Below, piece by piece: positions 9,701 to 18,314 of a stretch of DNA of 26,133 nt. The DNA is from a virus. Its lineage: Duplodnaviria > Caudoviricetes. The notes beneath the pieces are model-generated. The model worked only from the letters and a program-made list of their open reading frames with translations. It ran no database searches and was not told where the DNA came from. The translations under genes and the position numbers were made by a program. The first letter of the stretch is position 1; each line of letters begins with the position of its first letter. The stretch spans positions 1 to 26,133 of the IMG/VR virus record IMGVR_UViG_3300005764_000074. One strand, 5' to 3'.

Positions 9701-12700
9701 CTTCGCCGAGGACCCGACCCTTGCCGAGTCCTTCGTGCAGGAGCGCGGCGGTTGGGACCGTGACCCGGGCGTCGCCGAGGGTGGCCGCCTCCTGCCGGTC
9801 TACCTGTCCCTGCAGAATCCGCGTGTTGCCCCGCAGCGCATCGTCCCCGCCACCGGCGAGCTAGAGCACGATGCCACGGCCATCAACCGTGACATCATGA
9901 ACACGGTGATGCCGCATGACAAGGAACTCTTCACCGCCTGGGCTCAGCGCTCCCGCATGCTGACCGCCGGGCAGGCAGGCGAGATCTTCGACCGCCTCGG
10001 CAGGGGTGAGTCGATCGGCGGTCACGAGTACAACGGCCTGGCGGCACACGACGTTCACTCCAAGTACGCGGTCCCCGGCGAGCACCCGGTCGCCGGCTTC
10101 ATGCGCAACTACGACAGCGCCGGTATGATGCTCAAGCCGCACGAGAAGCAGCATTTAGTCGACCGCTACAAGGAGATCCTCCAGTCCCAGGGCTACGACG
10201 GTATCGTCTACACCGACACGGCCCCGATGGAGAAGGGCAAGACTTCGCAAACAGCTTACATCGCCTTCCGGCCGCAGCAGGTCAAGTCCGCCTCCGGCAA
10301 CAAGGGCACCTTCGACCCGACCTCCCCCAGTATCCTCAACTGGGACCCGGACCAGCCACGGGACGAACACGGTCGCTTCGGTAGTGGAGGCGGCGGTTCC
10401 ACGGCACCATCATCTATTTCCTCCAGGGAGCCGGCCGGGGGGGAGGACACGGAGGAGCGTCACTCTGATGCCGAGCTGTCTGGGGCCGGCGTCCCGCGCT
10501 CCCTATTCGGCAAGATCGCCTCCGCCGTCGGTGCCGTTCGGGACGCCCTCCACCGTACCGGCGTGCGATTGCACGTGGCGGCCCTGGCCCCTGATATCCT
10601 GGACACCATCGAGGATACGCAGCGGATCTACTACGCCGGCGGCAAGTCGCAGGCCCAGCCCCTCGCTCAGTTCGGCATCCCCCTCAGTGCCGGCCAGCTG
10701 ACCTTCATCGGCTCCCACGTTCTGGCCCTGGCCTTCCGCGGTGCCCGCGCCGCCGTTCGCAAGATGCGTGGCACGACCAACGCTGCCCTTACAAGCGACC
10801 AGTTGGTCGAACTGGCCGACGCCTACTTCCGTGCCCTGCATAAGGCCGTGCCGGAGCTGGGCACCCCTCCAACCTACGACTGGCTGGCGGGACACCTGCA
10901 GGCCCCGGCCGCCAATGCCGCGGAGTGGACGGACCTGTACGACCACGAGAAGCTGGAGGCGTTCCAGAAGTGGCTGGCCGGGCAGATGAGCGAACTGCTC
11001 ACCTCCGATGACGAGGAGGAGGCCTGGGATGCCTACATCCGGTCCGGCTTCGCGAAGGGCGCCGGCCGGGCCTTCGACGATGTTAGCAAGTCGAAGGCAT
11101 TCCAGGCCGCCCTCGCCGATAAGCTGGACTTCTACGACGGCACCCGCGAGCAGTTCCTGCGTGACTCCTTCGCCCAGCCCGTTGCTAAGGAGAAGGTCAA
11201 GCTCCTGGCGGCCCGCTCCTTCGACGAGATGGAGAACGTCACCGACGACATGTCCAACCGCATGAGCCGCACCCTCGTGGACGGCCTTGTCCGTGGTGCC
11301 TCCCCCCATGACATCGCCGACGACCTGGAGGGGAACCTGGACTTCTCTCAGGCCAGGGCTGAGACCGTGGCCCGCACGGAGATCATCCGTGCCCACTCGG
11401 AGGGCCAGCTGCAGGCGCTGGAGAATCTCGGCGTCGAGGAAGTCGGCGTGGCCGTGGAGTGGAGCACGGCGGGCGACGGCAAGGTCTGCGAGCTGTGCGC
11501 TTCCCTTGAGGGCGTGGTCCTCAAGCTAGACGAGGCCAAGGGGCTGCTGCCGCGGCATCCGAACTGCCGATGTGCATGGCTGCCGGCCAACGTCGGGGAG
11601 GACGACGAGGACCAGGTCTCTACCAAGACCGGCATCGACGCTGCCCTCAAGGACGCCGACCTGGACCCGGGCGACGTGGGCGTCTCCCCGAAACGCCCCA
11701 AGTCTATCCTTAATGCCCTCTACCCGGCCCGTGCCTACCCGTGGCCTATCACGCGTCGCCTCGGCACCGCCGCGGTCCTGGCGAACTACAACCCGGACCA
11801 GCCGCGCGACAGCTGGGGTCGGTGGGCCGGTGCCGGTGCCGGCGGACCTGGCACGCTCCCCGCTCCCCCGCCGGGCTTCAAGGGTGTCAGGGTCAAGGTC
11901 CACGGCGGCAGCCCGGCCTCTGCCGCAAAGCGACTTCGTGCCGTCCACGGCATCCTTGACCGACTGCCGCCGGCCGCCCGTAGGGCCGTCCGCGCCGAGA
12001 TGCCGAAGGTCAACTTCTACCAGGACCCCAAGGCCGTGACGGGGGCCTGGGAGAACGTCAACGGCGCGAGGGCACCGAAGGGCTATCTGGTTGCGGGCTT
12101 CTACGACCCCAACGACGGGCACATGCACCTGGACGGTGCCACGGAGAAACACGGCGAGACCCTGGAAGGGGTGTTTGCCCACGAGCTGGGACACGCCATC
12201 GACGGTAAGGACTCCGTGCACTCGGACAGCAAGGCATGGAGGGCGGCCTGGAAGTCTGAGATAGACACCACCGCCCCCGACGGTAGCGGCGCCCTTTCCA
12301 ACTACGCCCGTACGGACCCTTCCGAGGGGTTCGCCGAGTTCCACCGCTTCCTCATGACCGGCGACCACGACACCGTCCGCATTGTATTCCCCAAGTGCTG
12401 GGCCTACTGGGAGAAGCGGAATCTAATCGGCACCACCTCCGGCAGCCAGTTCCGCGGTCCTGCCGCCAGGGCTGCCGCCACCGGTGGGGACTTCGGCACG
12501 GCCGGTGGTAAAGGCGGCACGGCCGGCCGCCCCGGAGTTAGCGCTCCCGCCCGTAAGAGGACCAGGGGGCCCAAGGCTACCACGAACGTAGGCGCTACCA
12601 TGGGACTGCTACCGGACATCTTCCACCGCAAGCTGGTCGGCAAGGACGGTCGGCATGCCGACCTCATCCGTGACCCGGACGCGCCGGCGGATGACGAACC

Positions 12701-13655
12701 TGCCACCAACGCCTTCTGCCCCACCGGCCCTGGCGGTGGCGTCAAGCCGGACTGCCCGAAAGGAGGTGCCGCTACTGCAACGCCCGGGGGGACCGAGAGC
12801 AGGCAGCCAGCTAGGCAAGGGACAAGAGGTACAAAACGGGCTGCCAGGCCCCCGGTCCCCTCGGTCAAGCCCGGCCCCAACGGCCCTGCCATCTCCCTGC
12901 TGCGCCCGGAGGAGGTCAAGGCGGCCAAGGCCCAGGGCATGATAACGGGGAGCCTCCACGTTATCAGTACCGCCCGGGCAGCGGAGATCCGCGATACCTT
13001 GGCCGGTAAGTCTCCTGGGGGGAAGGGGGCAGCGGCAGCGCCGACGCCGACGCCCACTGCCAAGCCGGGGCAGGTGAACCCCACGGTCTACGCCAGGTCG
13101 GAGGACCGACCTGGCAACCCGGATCTGCCCGCCTCGACCTGGCCTGCTACTCTGACCCCCGCCGAAAAGGGCGCCGTCGCCGTTTACACCTCCACCGAAT
13201 ACAAGGAGCTGAACTCCACCTTGCGCTCGACCGGCTCGCCGCCGCCGCGCCTGGCCGCTGTCCACGACGCCCTCGATTCGGCCTTCTCCAAGGTCCCTGT
13301 GCACTCTCCTATCACCGTGCACCGGGGGTTGAACCTGTCCGGCGACAAGCTCCACGGCTTCTTGCAGTCGGTCGTCAGTGCCGGCAAGGCCGGTGAGCCC
13401 CTCAAGATGGGCGGGTGGCTGTCTACCGTGCCCGGACCAAAGCCCTCTCAAATGTCAATGTTCAACGTGCACCTAACGGTCAACGCTACTCACCTGCTCG
13501 ACACGATACCTGCCTCACGCACGCCCTTTGAAAAGGAGGCGCTTCTGCACCACGAGGCGACCTTCCGCCCCCGGTCGATCCGCAAGGAAGGCGACACCTA
13601 CCACATCGAGCTAGACCAGCTGCCTCCTACTTACTTGCGAGGTCCTCATGCCTGA
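6780..13655 (+). CDS. Giant MuF (SPP1 gp7-like) minor head protein carrying multiple enzyme/effector domains
   Basis: MuF core at about 10920-11590 (RAETVARTE, WSTAGDGKVCELC, PRHPNCRC). Added domains: ParB/Srx-like, C39 peptidase, zeta-like P-loop, ART-PolyVal-like, HELGH zincin and C-terminal R-S-ExE ART. Canonical position just after the portal. Confidence 0.9.
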   Translation: MDDLTDPLTITVNPFVSEAQRRACYAAHDPNWDCAEWERHTKGRSLPSRKGGKGGGRGRRRRIAANKRRLTANRGPRRGISPNKYDPTRTSTLRRAFVARLRKRFALLKGRIVKHIGEGDALGLKDQPRPEPTVLTTPTTNNPGQIRDETGLYGPGIGIEIPREQMPQIAASDLPRLETWLRGRGVPAAHATAAADSLAPTQSRFKQSKVDAMGDGVLDDPIIVSQDNYVLDGTHRWVRAWQSDPTTPLPVLRVGLPVRDAVSLLRSFPLADYATNAGQGARAGTAVYRSFLHDGRLAYLAVNALVEVPDVRQHDSYSCGAAAAMSVGRYFGVGPESITEWKSLLDTDKRDGTDVVPLVAYLRSLGLGVRAGTGMTLDDLKRHTSAGLPVIVAVQDWGPSVPTPSSVSNGHYLVVIGVDHGYVFVQDPAVHPPAGGIQAPGRKMIEEDRFDSLWHDTDADGSILDHWGAVVSAPEPMGNYDPSQPRGHGGRWTKGSGAALAPLPPSPPPVPAIPRARQAPNVEKDSDGDGITDTARVGVPGNAVPPPPPIPALPNLSPREREVEQSFIRAYEADPDKVAANYRSLVTSQKPPPTFATDDSKVLTEEWSHPDPAERSVNRATLNNALHQTANAIAKRAFLQHLDTMEPGQEILVTVGGCGAGKGFALKNVPEALALKSRSHAVWDSAGDQNATENPWIQREAEARGLRVNYVYVDADPVTQWGHPDRGVLKRAQDPNDGRMVDASVFADSYVIGASNMRTFHDQHKDNPNASFVFLENRGTPRQIDHIPDPGIDRHELRDYAASVAAMCMACPPHVKAGATQGARIWTANADTGTTNARTSHIPAAALAAAALSAAAGRPPDPDDPELAWWREDADRLNALGEETRRRQLTVNYHPDQPRDRRGRFGSGSGDTAPTAVAQTSTPAFRAWFKDSTVTHEDGSPRVVYHGTTADFDTFKFGHEVDPHSNLDEMLGAHFAEDPTLAESFVQERGGWDRDPGVAEGGRLLPVYLSLQNPRVAPQRIVPATGELEHDATAINRDIMNTVMPHDKELFTAWAQRSRMLTAGQAGEIFDRLGRGESIGGHEYNGLAAHDVHSKYAVPGEHPVAGFMRNYDSAGMMLKPHEKQHLVDRYKEILQSQGYDGIVYTDTAPMEKGKTSQTAYIAFRPQQVKSASGNKGTFDPTSPSILNWDPDQPRDEHGRFGSGGGGSTAPSSISSREPAGGEDTEERHSDAELSGAGVPRSLFGKIASAVGAVRDALHRTGVRLHVAALAPDILDTIEDTQRIYYAGGKSQAQPLAQFGIPLSAGQLTFIGSHVLALAFRGARAAVRKMRGTTNAALTSDQLVELADAYFRALHKAVPELGTPPTYDWLAGHLQAPAANAAEWTDLYDHEKLEAFQKWLAGQMSELLTSDDEEEAWDAYIRSGFAKGAGRAFDDVSKSKAFQAALADKLDFYDGTREQFLRDSFAQPVAKEKVKLLAARSFDEMENVTDDMSNRMSRTLVDGLVRGASPHDIADDLEGNLDFSQARAETVARTEIIRAHSEGQLQALENLGVEEVGVAVEWSTAGDGKVCELCASLEGVVLKLDEAKGLLPRHPNCRCAWLPANVGEDDEDQVSTKTGIDAALKDADLDPGDVGVSPKRPKSILNALYPARAYPWPITRRLGTAAVLANYNPDQPRDSWGRWAGAGAGGPGTLPAPPPGFKGVRVKVHGGSPASAAKRLRAVHGILDRLPPAARRAVRAEMPKVNFYQDPKAVTGAWENVNGARAPKGYLVAGFYDPNDGHMHLDGATEKHGETLEGVFAHELGHAIDGKDSVHSDSKAWRAAWKSEIDTTAPDGSGALSNYARTDPSEGFAEFHRFLMTGDHDTVRIVFPKCWAYWEKRNLIGTTSGSQFRGPAARAAATGGDFGTAGGKGGTAGRPGVSAPARKRTRGPKATTNVGATMGLLPDIFHRKLVGKDGRHADLIRDPDAPADDEPATNAFCPTGPGGGVKPDCPKGGAATATPGGTESRQPARQGTRGTKRAARPPVPSVKPGPNGPAISLLRPEEVKAAKAQGMITGSLHVISTARAAEIRDTLAGKSPGGKGAAAAPTPTPTAKPGQVNPTVYARSEDRPGNPDLPASTWPATLTPAEKGAVAVYTSTEYKELNSTLRSTGSPPPRLAAVHDALDSAFSKVPVHSPITVHRGLNLSGDKLHGFLQSVVSAGKAGEPLKMGGWLSTVPGPKPSQMSMFNVHLTVNATHLLDTIPASRTPFEKEALLHHEATFRPRSIRKEGDTYHIELDQLPPTYLRGPHA
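7260..7595 (+). other. ParB/Sulfiredoxin-like domain within the MuF protein
   Basis: LAPTQ ... PIIVSQDNYVLDGTHRW (DGxHR motif). Confidence 0.7.
7689..8200 (+). other. C39-like cysteine peptidase domain within the MuF protein
   Basis: Q(7716)..SC(7734)GAAA, GH(8010)YLVVIG and VQD(8058)P give a complete Q-C-H-D set. Confidence 0.85.
8440..9260 (+). other. Zeta-toxin-like P-loop kinase domain within the MuF protein
   Basis: GGCGAGKG at 8745-8768, VWDSAG, and lid-like KRAQDPNDGRMV. Confidence 0.65.
9540..10337 (+). other. ART-PolyVal-like ADP-ribosyltransferase domain within the MuF protein
   Basis: TPAFRAWF..S...DGSPRVVYHGT, GAHFAED, VYLSLQNP, GYDGIVY and AFRPQQVKSASGNKGTFDP match the pattern of the ART of polyvalent proteins. 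Confidence 0.75.
11890..12425 (+). other. Zincin metallopeptidase domain (lethal-factor/MPTase-like) within the MuF protein
   Basis: AGFYDP, HELGH (12180-12194), SNYARTDPSEGFAE. Confidence 0.8.
13150..13640 (+). other. VIP2/C2-like mono-ADP-ribosyltransferase domain at the MuF C-terminus
   Basis: LT..EK.AV..YT...YKELN..LR, ITVHRG (R), WLST (S) and EKE (13530-13538): R-S-ExE clade. Confidence 0.8.
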
Positions 13656-15690
13656 GACGACCTACCCGACCTCCGAGCGCTTCACCGACGACCCGGGCTT
13701 CACTACCGACGCCCCTCCCGTCTCCGCCGCCGAACTGTGGATGGCGATCAGCGACCCGAGCCTTGTCGACTCTACCACCAACGCCTTCTGCCCCACCGGA
13801 CCGGGCGGGGGACGGGTCAACACCTGTCCGCCGCAGGCCGGGGCCGGGGCCGCTGCGGGCGCAGGCAGGAAACCGCTTAAGGCGGCACCCGCCGTCACCG
13901 CCTCCGGTGCCCCCATCCACGACCTCGGCACCCTCGACGGCCTGATGGCGTACATCGAGGGGCACATGTACGGGTCCAAGATGACGCTCCTGGACCTGCA
14001 GAAAATCGCCTTCCTGAATCCGAACGGCCTGCAGGGCGGCAGGCTGCTGGTACCGTTCACGCCCCATCCGACGGCGCCGCCGAAGCTAGCCAAGATGGCG
14101 GCCATTTTGCCTCCTGGCACCCAAATCGTGGCCAAGGCCGTGTCCGGCGCCCAGGGCCGCTCCGTGACCTACGCCCCCGCAATCACCTTCAAGGGCAAGT
14201 CGGTACCAGACACGCCGCCGCCGGGTCACGTCCTGCCGGTGGCGAAGGGCAGTGCGGCCGCTGCCGCTGCCGCTGCGGGCGCCGCTGCCGCTGCGGGCGC
14301 TGGTACCGCTGCGGGCGCTGGTACCGCTGCGGGCGCTGGTACCGCTGCCCCCGGGGCACCGGGACCCGCCGCCTCCAAGCTGCCTGTCGTTCCCATGCAG
14401 GCCAACACGGAGTGGGAGACCGGCAAGGCCCAGCCCGGCACCCTCAACGGCGTGGACTTCGGTACCGCACCGAAAAAGTTCTGGGAGCATACCAAGGACG
14501 TCGACGTCGGCGAGCCGCCCCCTGTCAAGCCTATCGGCCGGGTCGGTGTCCTTATCCAGGAGGACGACGGGCGTGTCTGGATCGCCCAGCCCACCAACGC
14601 CTACGGCAACCGCAGGTACACCATGCCCGGTGGCACCGTCGAGCCGGGCCTCACGAACCAGCAGAATGCCCTGAAGGAGGTGTGGGAGGAGACCGGTCTC
14701 CAGGTCGAGATCACCGGCCACGTCGGGGACTTCAGGGACTCTAACAACGGCGTTAACGGCCGCCTCTACGTCGGCCGCCGTATCGGTGGTGCGCCGTGGG
14801 GCGCCAAGGTCGAGCCGCATATCATCAGCCAGGCGACGGGCAAGCCGGCGGCGGAGTCGGACAGGGTCAATCTCGTTACCCCCGAGGAGGCGGCGAAGCT
14901 CCTGCACCGCACCGACGACCTGGCCCAGCTGATGACCGTGCACCCGCCCAAGCTCGACACGCCGGCCACCGGTACCGGCAGTGAGCCCCTCAAGAAGTTC
15001 CTGGAAGCGATGGGGCCGGCCGAGGCCGCCCACAACGCCAGGCACGCAGCCGCCGGCACGACGCCGGGGTGCTCCACGCTCCAGGCCGTGCAGAATCTCC
15101 GTGGCTTCAACGACCAGCCGAAGGTCGTGACGAAGGCCGCCTTCGACGCACTCATGGCGCAGGGCACTCATACCGAGGTGCTGCGGGGGGTGAAGGACGT
15201 TGGCTGGGGACGTGGTGCCCGGACCGCCGCTCAGCTGGCCGACGAGTTCAGGACCGGCGAGCACTACAGCGGCTGGGGGATCTTCGGCGCGGGGACCTAC
15301 ACCGACAGTACCACCAAGGCCGATGTAGCGAGGGACCCTATGCGTACCGCCAACGTGGCGTCTAGCTACGCGGGCCAGTACGGGAGCGCGGGCGGCGGCG
15401 AGGTGATACGCATAGCCCTCCCCAAGACGGCCAAGGTCATCAACGTGTCGGACCTGGAGAGAATGGTGCCGAGGTGCCCGCCCGACTTCAAGCCGAACGT
15501 ACAGGGTAGCGGTACCCGCGAGGAGCAGTGGCGCGGCGTGCAGGCGGCCCTGGCGGGGTACGATGCCATCTACCAGGACGGCAAGTCGATGATCCACGGC
15601 TCCTACGGCAAGGGGTTCTACGTCATCCTGAACCGCAGCATCTGCACCGTCCAGAACAAGGCACCGGCGCGGGGGTACACCATCCCGTGA
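13648..15690 (+). CDS. Nudix hydrolase domain plus C-terminal putative ART-like domain
   Basis: 8-nt overlap with the MuF stop and GAGG SD. Variant Nudix box GGTVEPGLTNQQNALKEVWEETGL (14629-14700). C-terminal LRG..GWGIFGAGTY..ASSYA..AGYDAI..YVILNR. Confidence 0.8.
   Translation: MPETTYPTSERFTDDPGFTTDAPPVSAAELWMAISDPSLVDSTTNAFCPTGPGGGRVNTCPPQAGAGAAAGAGRKPLKAAPAVTASGAPIHDLGTLDGLMAYIEGHMYGSKMTLLDLQKIAFLNPNGLQGGRLLVPFTPHPTAPPKLAKMAAILPPGTQIVAKAVSGAQGRSVTYAPAITFKGKSVPDTPPPGHVLPVAKGSAAAAAAAAGAAAAAGAGTAAGAGTAAGAGTAAPGAPGPAASKLPVVPMQANTEWETGKAQPGTLNGVDFGTAPKKFWEHTKDVDVGEPPPVKPIGRVGVLIQEDDGRVWIAQPTNAYGNRRYTMPGGTVEPGLTNQQNALKEVWEETGLQVEITGHVGDFRDSNNGVNGRLYVGRRIGGAPWGAKVEPHIISQATGKPAAESDRVNLVTPEEAAKLLHRTDDLAQLMTVHPPKLDTPATGTGSEPLKKFLEAMGPAEAAHNARHAAAGTTPGCSTLQAVQNLRGFNDQPKVVTKAAFDALMAQGTHTEVLRGVKDVGWGRGARTAAQLADEFRTGEHYSGWGIFGAGTYTDSTTKADVARDPMRTANVASSYAGQYGSAGGGEVIRIALPKTAKVINVSDLERMVPRCPPDFKPNVQGSGTREEQWRGVQAALAGYDAIYQDGKSMIHGSYGKGFYVILNRSICTVQNKAPARGYTIP
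14272..14343 (+). repeat. In-frame 18-nt tandem repeat (AAGAGT linker)
   Basis: GCTGCGGGCGCTGGTACC three times at 14290-14343, plus a degenerate copy at 14272-14289. Confidence 0.9.
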
Positions 15691-15720
15691 GAGTGGCTTA
15701 GCTAACTGCGAGGTACACCG

Positions 15721-16422
15721 ATGACCATCTACTACAGTAAGTTCGGCCTGAACACCTATAGCCACACGCCCTACTTCCAGGAGAACCTCCCGCCGGACCG
15801 GAGGCAGACCGGCGACCGGCCCCTCAGCCTCACCCTCTTAAGGAGCCGTGCCTTCCGGCGCCTGCCGCCGAACGTCCGCCAGCTGGCGGCGCGGGCGAAG
15901 GAGTGGGCGCTTCGCAACGATCAGAAGCCGACCGACATCGACCGGTACTACGACGACAGCGGCCATGAACTCAACCCGGCCACCGGCAAGCGCCTGACTG
16001 ATGCAGAGATCGACGCTGCCTGGGGCGGACCGGCCGCCGTGCCGGGCCTGGTGGTCGAGGACATCCCCCGGCCGCGGGGCGGGTTCCCGGACCCGGACAC
16101 CTGGGAGCCGGAGGCGCCGGAGCCAGCGACGGTGGACCGCAGTGAGATCACCGAGGCCGACGTTATCCGCGACGTTGCCTCCCGCGGCATCCAGGCTACG
16201 GCCACGGCGTACGGGGTTCCCCCGTCCCGGATACGTGGTGTCACCACTGCCGAGGAGCTCGCGAAGGTTGTCCTCGGCATGCACGGCGAGCCGGCCTCGC
16301 TGAGGGAGAGCGAGATAAATGCCGAGAGGCTGGCGGCGTTCAACCGTGGCGAGGAGGTCTACCTGGCGACCGCCCACGGCTCGGATTACGAGGAGGGGAC
16401 GCCGGCGAAGGGTAAGGAATAG
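15721..16422 (+). CDS. Hypothetical protein
   Basis: GAGGT SD, high GC3, fills the gap on the coding strand; no recognisable motif. Confidence 0.75.
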   Translation: MTIYYSKFGLNTYSHTPYFQENLPPDRRQTGDRPLSLTLLRSRAFRRLPPNVRQLAARAKEWALRNDQKPTDIDRYYDDSGHELNPATGKRLTDAEIDAAWGGPAAVPGLVVEDIPRPRGGFPDPDTWEPEAPEPATVDRSEITEADVIRDVASRGIQATATAYGVPPSRIRGVTTAEELAKVVLGMHGEPASLRESEINAERLAAFNRGEEVYLATAHGSDYEEGTPAKGKE

Positions 16423-16498
16423 CCGGGAGAGGCACGGAGCAGCCGGGGGGAAGTCAGGGGAGATGGCGGGGGGAATTCTCAGATCGGGGGGCCTAACC

Positions 16499-16747
16499 AT
16501 GCCTGTGATAGACGGACTGACTCCGTCCCAGCAGAGGCTCTACGACAAGCTGTCGGACTGGCTGCCGCACACCCTGGGGGAGCTGCGGGGATGCCTCTGG
16601 GACGAGCTGAGCAACGACGCCGCACTGCACATGCTAATCAGCCGCACCAGGACGAGGATACGCCGCCAGGGTCTCGACGTGATCTCCATCCGCAGGAACG
16701 GGACCTGCTACTATCAGATGGAGCGCCTGATCAACCGCGGCGAATGA
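16499..16747 (+). CDS. Small winged-helix DNA-binding protein (OmpR C-terminal-like)
   Basis: LTPSQQRLY..L......L...LW......ALHMLISRTRTRI......I..RNG..Y pattern. Start could also be ATG 16463. Confidence 0.65.
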   Translation: MPVIDGLTPSQQRLYDKLSDWLPHTLGELRGCLWDELSNDAALHMLISRTRTRIRRQGLDVISIRRNGTCYYQMERLINRGE

Positions 16748-16925
16748 AGGCGGGCGCGGCTGGTGCACGATTATGGGTGATGCACGGCGTCACCGCCATT
16801 GCCATCGCCAGACCCGGTGCTGAGTTGATGGTCTAACCCTCGTCCGGCCGGCTCTAGACCAGGCACCCCGCTTTCCGGTATGGTATGTGGACGTTACAGC
16901 CTCAGCCAAGGGCACGGCGTTCCCG

Positions 16926-18314
16926 ATGTCTTACCTCGAGCTGGTCGCTAACCTGGTCGGGCGCGTTCGTCGTGAATCCCACGACGGCAAGACCTTTCTC
17001 GTCGCACCGGCCGTCAGCATCGTCCCTGGCGTTCTCAGCGGCTCGAAGGGGGCGCTCTACTACCCGCCCGACGAGATCGCCCGGAACGTCACCGCCTGGG
17101 ACGGCACGCCCATCGTCGTCTACCACCCGATGCAGGATGGCCTGCACGTCTCCGCCTCCGACCCTGGCATCTACGACCAGCAGGGGGTCGGCTACCTTCG
17201 TCAGTCACGCATCCTCAACGGCGGCCGCCTCGGCCACGAGTTGTGGTTCGACGAGGCCAAGCTCAGCGCCGTCGACAATGCCCTCCCCTCCATCGCCCGC
17301 ATCCTTCCCCGCCTCCTCAAAGGTCGCCCTATCGAGCTGAGCACCGGCCTCTTCACCGACAACGAGGAAGCCCCGATGAACGCTCACTTCAATGGCCGTG
17401 GTTACACGCATATCGCCAGGAACTACCGGCCGGACCACCTGGCAATCCTTCCCGACCAGGTCGGTGCCTGCTCGATACGCGACGGCTGTGGCGTGCTGGT
17501 GAACAAGGGCGGCCCTACCGCTAACGTCTGGTCTGATGCCGCCCGGGAGGCCGCCAAGAGGGCCAGGCAAGCCTCCGCCAAGGCGAACAAGCACCCTACA
17601 CCGGGCTTCAACCCGTTCCGGTCCGAGGCCGACAAGAAGAAACTCGCCCGGATGAGCGGGGACGATCATCTTGAGGCCGCGGCCTTGCACAAGGCGGCAG
17701 CCAGGGCGAATGACGCGGCCGCCAACGCTATTATCCACAAGAATACGGGCAGGCTCAGCGTCGAGGAACTGGCCCGGGTACGCGACCACGAGGGTCAGGC
17801 AGGGACGCACAGGACGGCGGCTAAAGAGCACAAGAAAGCTGCCCGTCTGAAAGGAGCCACGGAGAACTCTTCCACGACCAACTGCGCCTGCGGCGGCACC
17901 TGCGGGAAGTGCCAGGCCGCCAACGCCGCTGACCGGGACGAGCGCGGCCGCTTCGCCGGTGGTGACCCTGCCCTCGCCTCCGCCTCCAAGGCATCTGCTT
18001 ACGCTGCCTCCGCCTCCTCCAAGAGCAACCCGGACTCCCAATCCGTTGCCGACGCCGCCCGCACTTCCTCCGCCCGCGCCGAGAAAGCGTCCATGGCGTC
18101 GTTCGCTGCCGCCGGCGGTCACGGACGGGCGATGCTCTCTCATCAGAACGCCGTTGCCTCTCACCGGGAAGCCAGCGTCGCTGCCGGGGAGACGGGCAAC
18201 CCGGACGCCCAGAGCGACCACCTGGAGGCGATGCGACAGCACCTGGCGGCAGCCGCCTCACACCGCTCTCGGGTGGGCGTGCGCAACGCCGACGACCCGC
18301 AATGCCCGACCTGA
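16926..18314 (+). CDS. Prohead maturation protease, DUF2213-like, with Ala/His-rich C-terminal extension
   Basis: VRRE..DGK..LV, GVL.GS.G.LYYP..EI, WDGTPIVVYHP, IELSTG and PDHLAILPDQVGACS..DGCG. Lies upstream of scaffold and capsid genes. Start 16887 (GTG) also possible. Confidence 0.8.
   Translation: MSYLELVANLVGRVRRESHDGKTFLVAPAVSIVPGVLSGSKGALYYPPDEIARNVTAWDGTPIVVYHPMQDGLHVSASDPGIYDQQGVGYLRQSRILNGGRLGHELWFDEAKLSAVDNALPSIARILPRLLKGRPIELSTGLFTDNEEAPMNAHFNGRGYTHIARNYRPDHLAILPDQVGACSIRDGCGVLVNKGGPTANVWSDAAREAAKRARQASAKANKHPTPGFNPFRSEADKKKLARMSGDDHLEAAALHKAAARANDAAANAIIHKNTGRLSVEELARVRDHEGQAGTHRTAAKEHKKAARLKGATENSSTTNCACGGTCGKCQAANAADRDERGRFAGGDPALASASKASAYAASASSKSNPDSQSVADAARTSSARAEKASMASFAAAGGHGRAMLSHQNAVASHREASVAAGETGNPDAQSDHLEAMRQHLAAAASHRSRVGVRNADDPQCPT

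Noticed and set aside
7569-9701. Long minus-strand ORFs (also 2738..4066, 14086..15765, 18258..19739, 21915..23105, 24083..25006)
   Set aside because: Antisense shadows of high-GC3 plus-strand genes: no motifs, and fully overlapping well-supported CDSs.
12703-13799. Diversity-generating retroelement TR/VR pair or att sites
   Set aside because: Only a 25-nt repeat encoding a shared peptide; no adenine-specific mismatch pattern, reverse transcriptase or integrase in the window.
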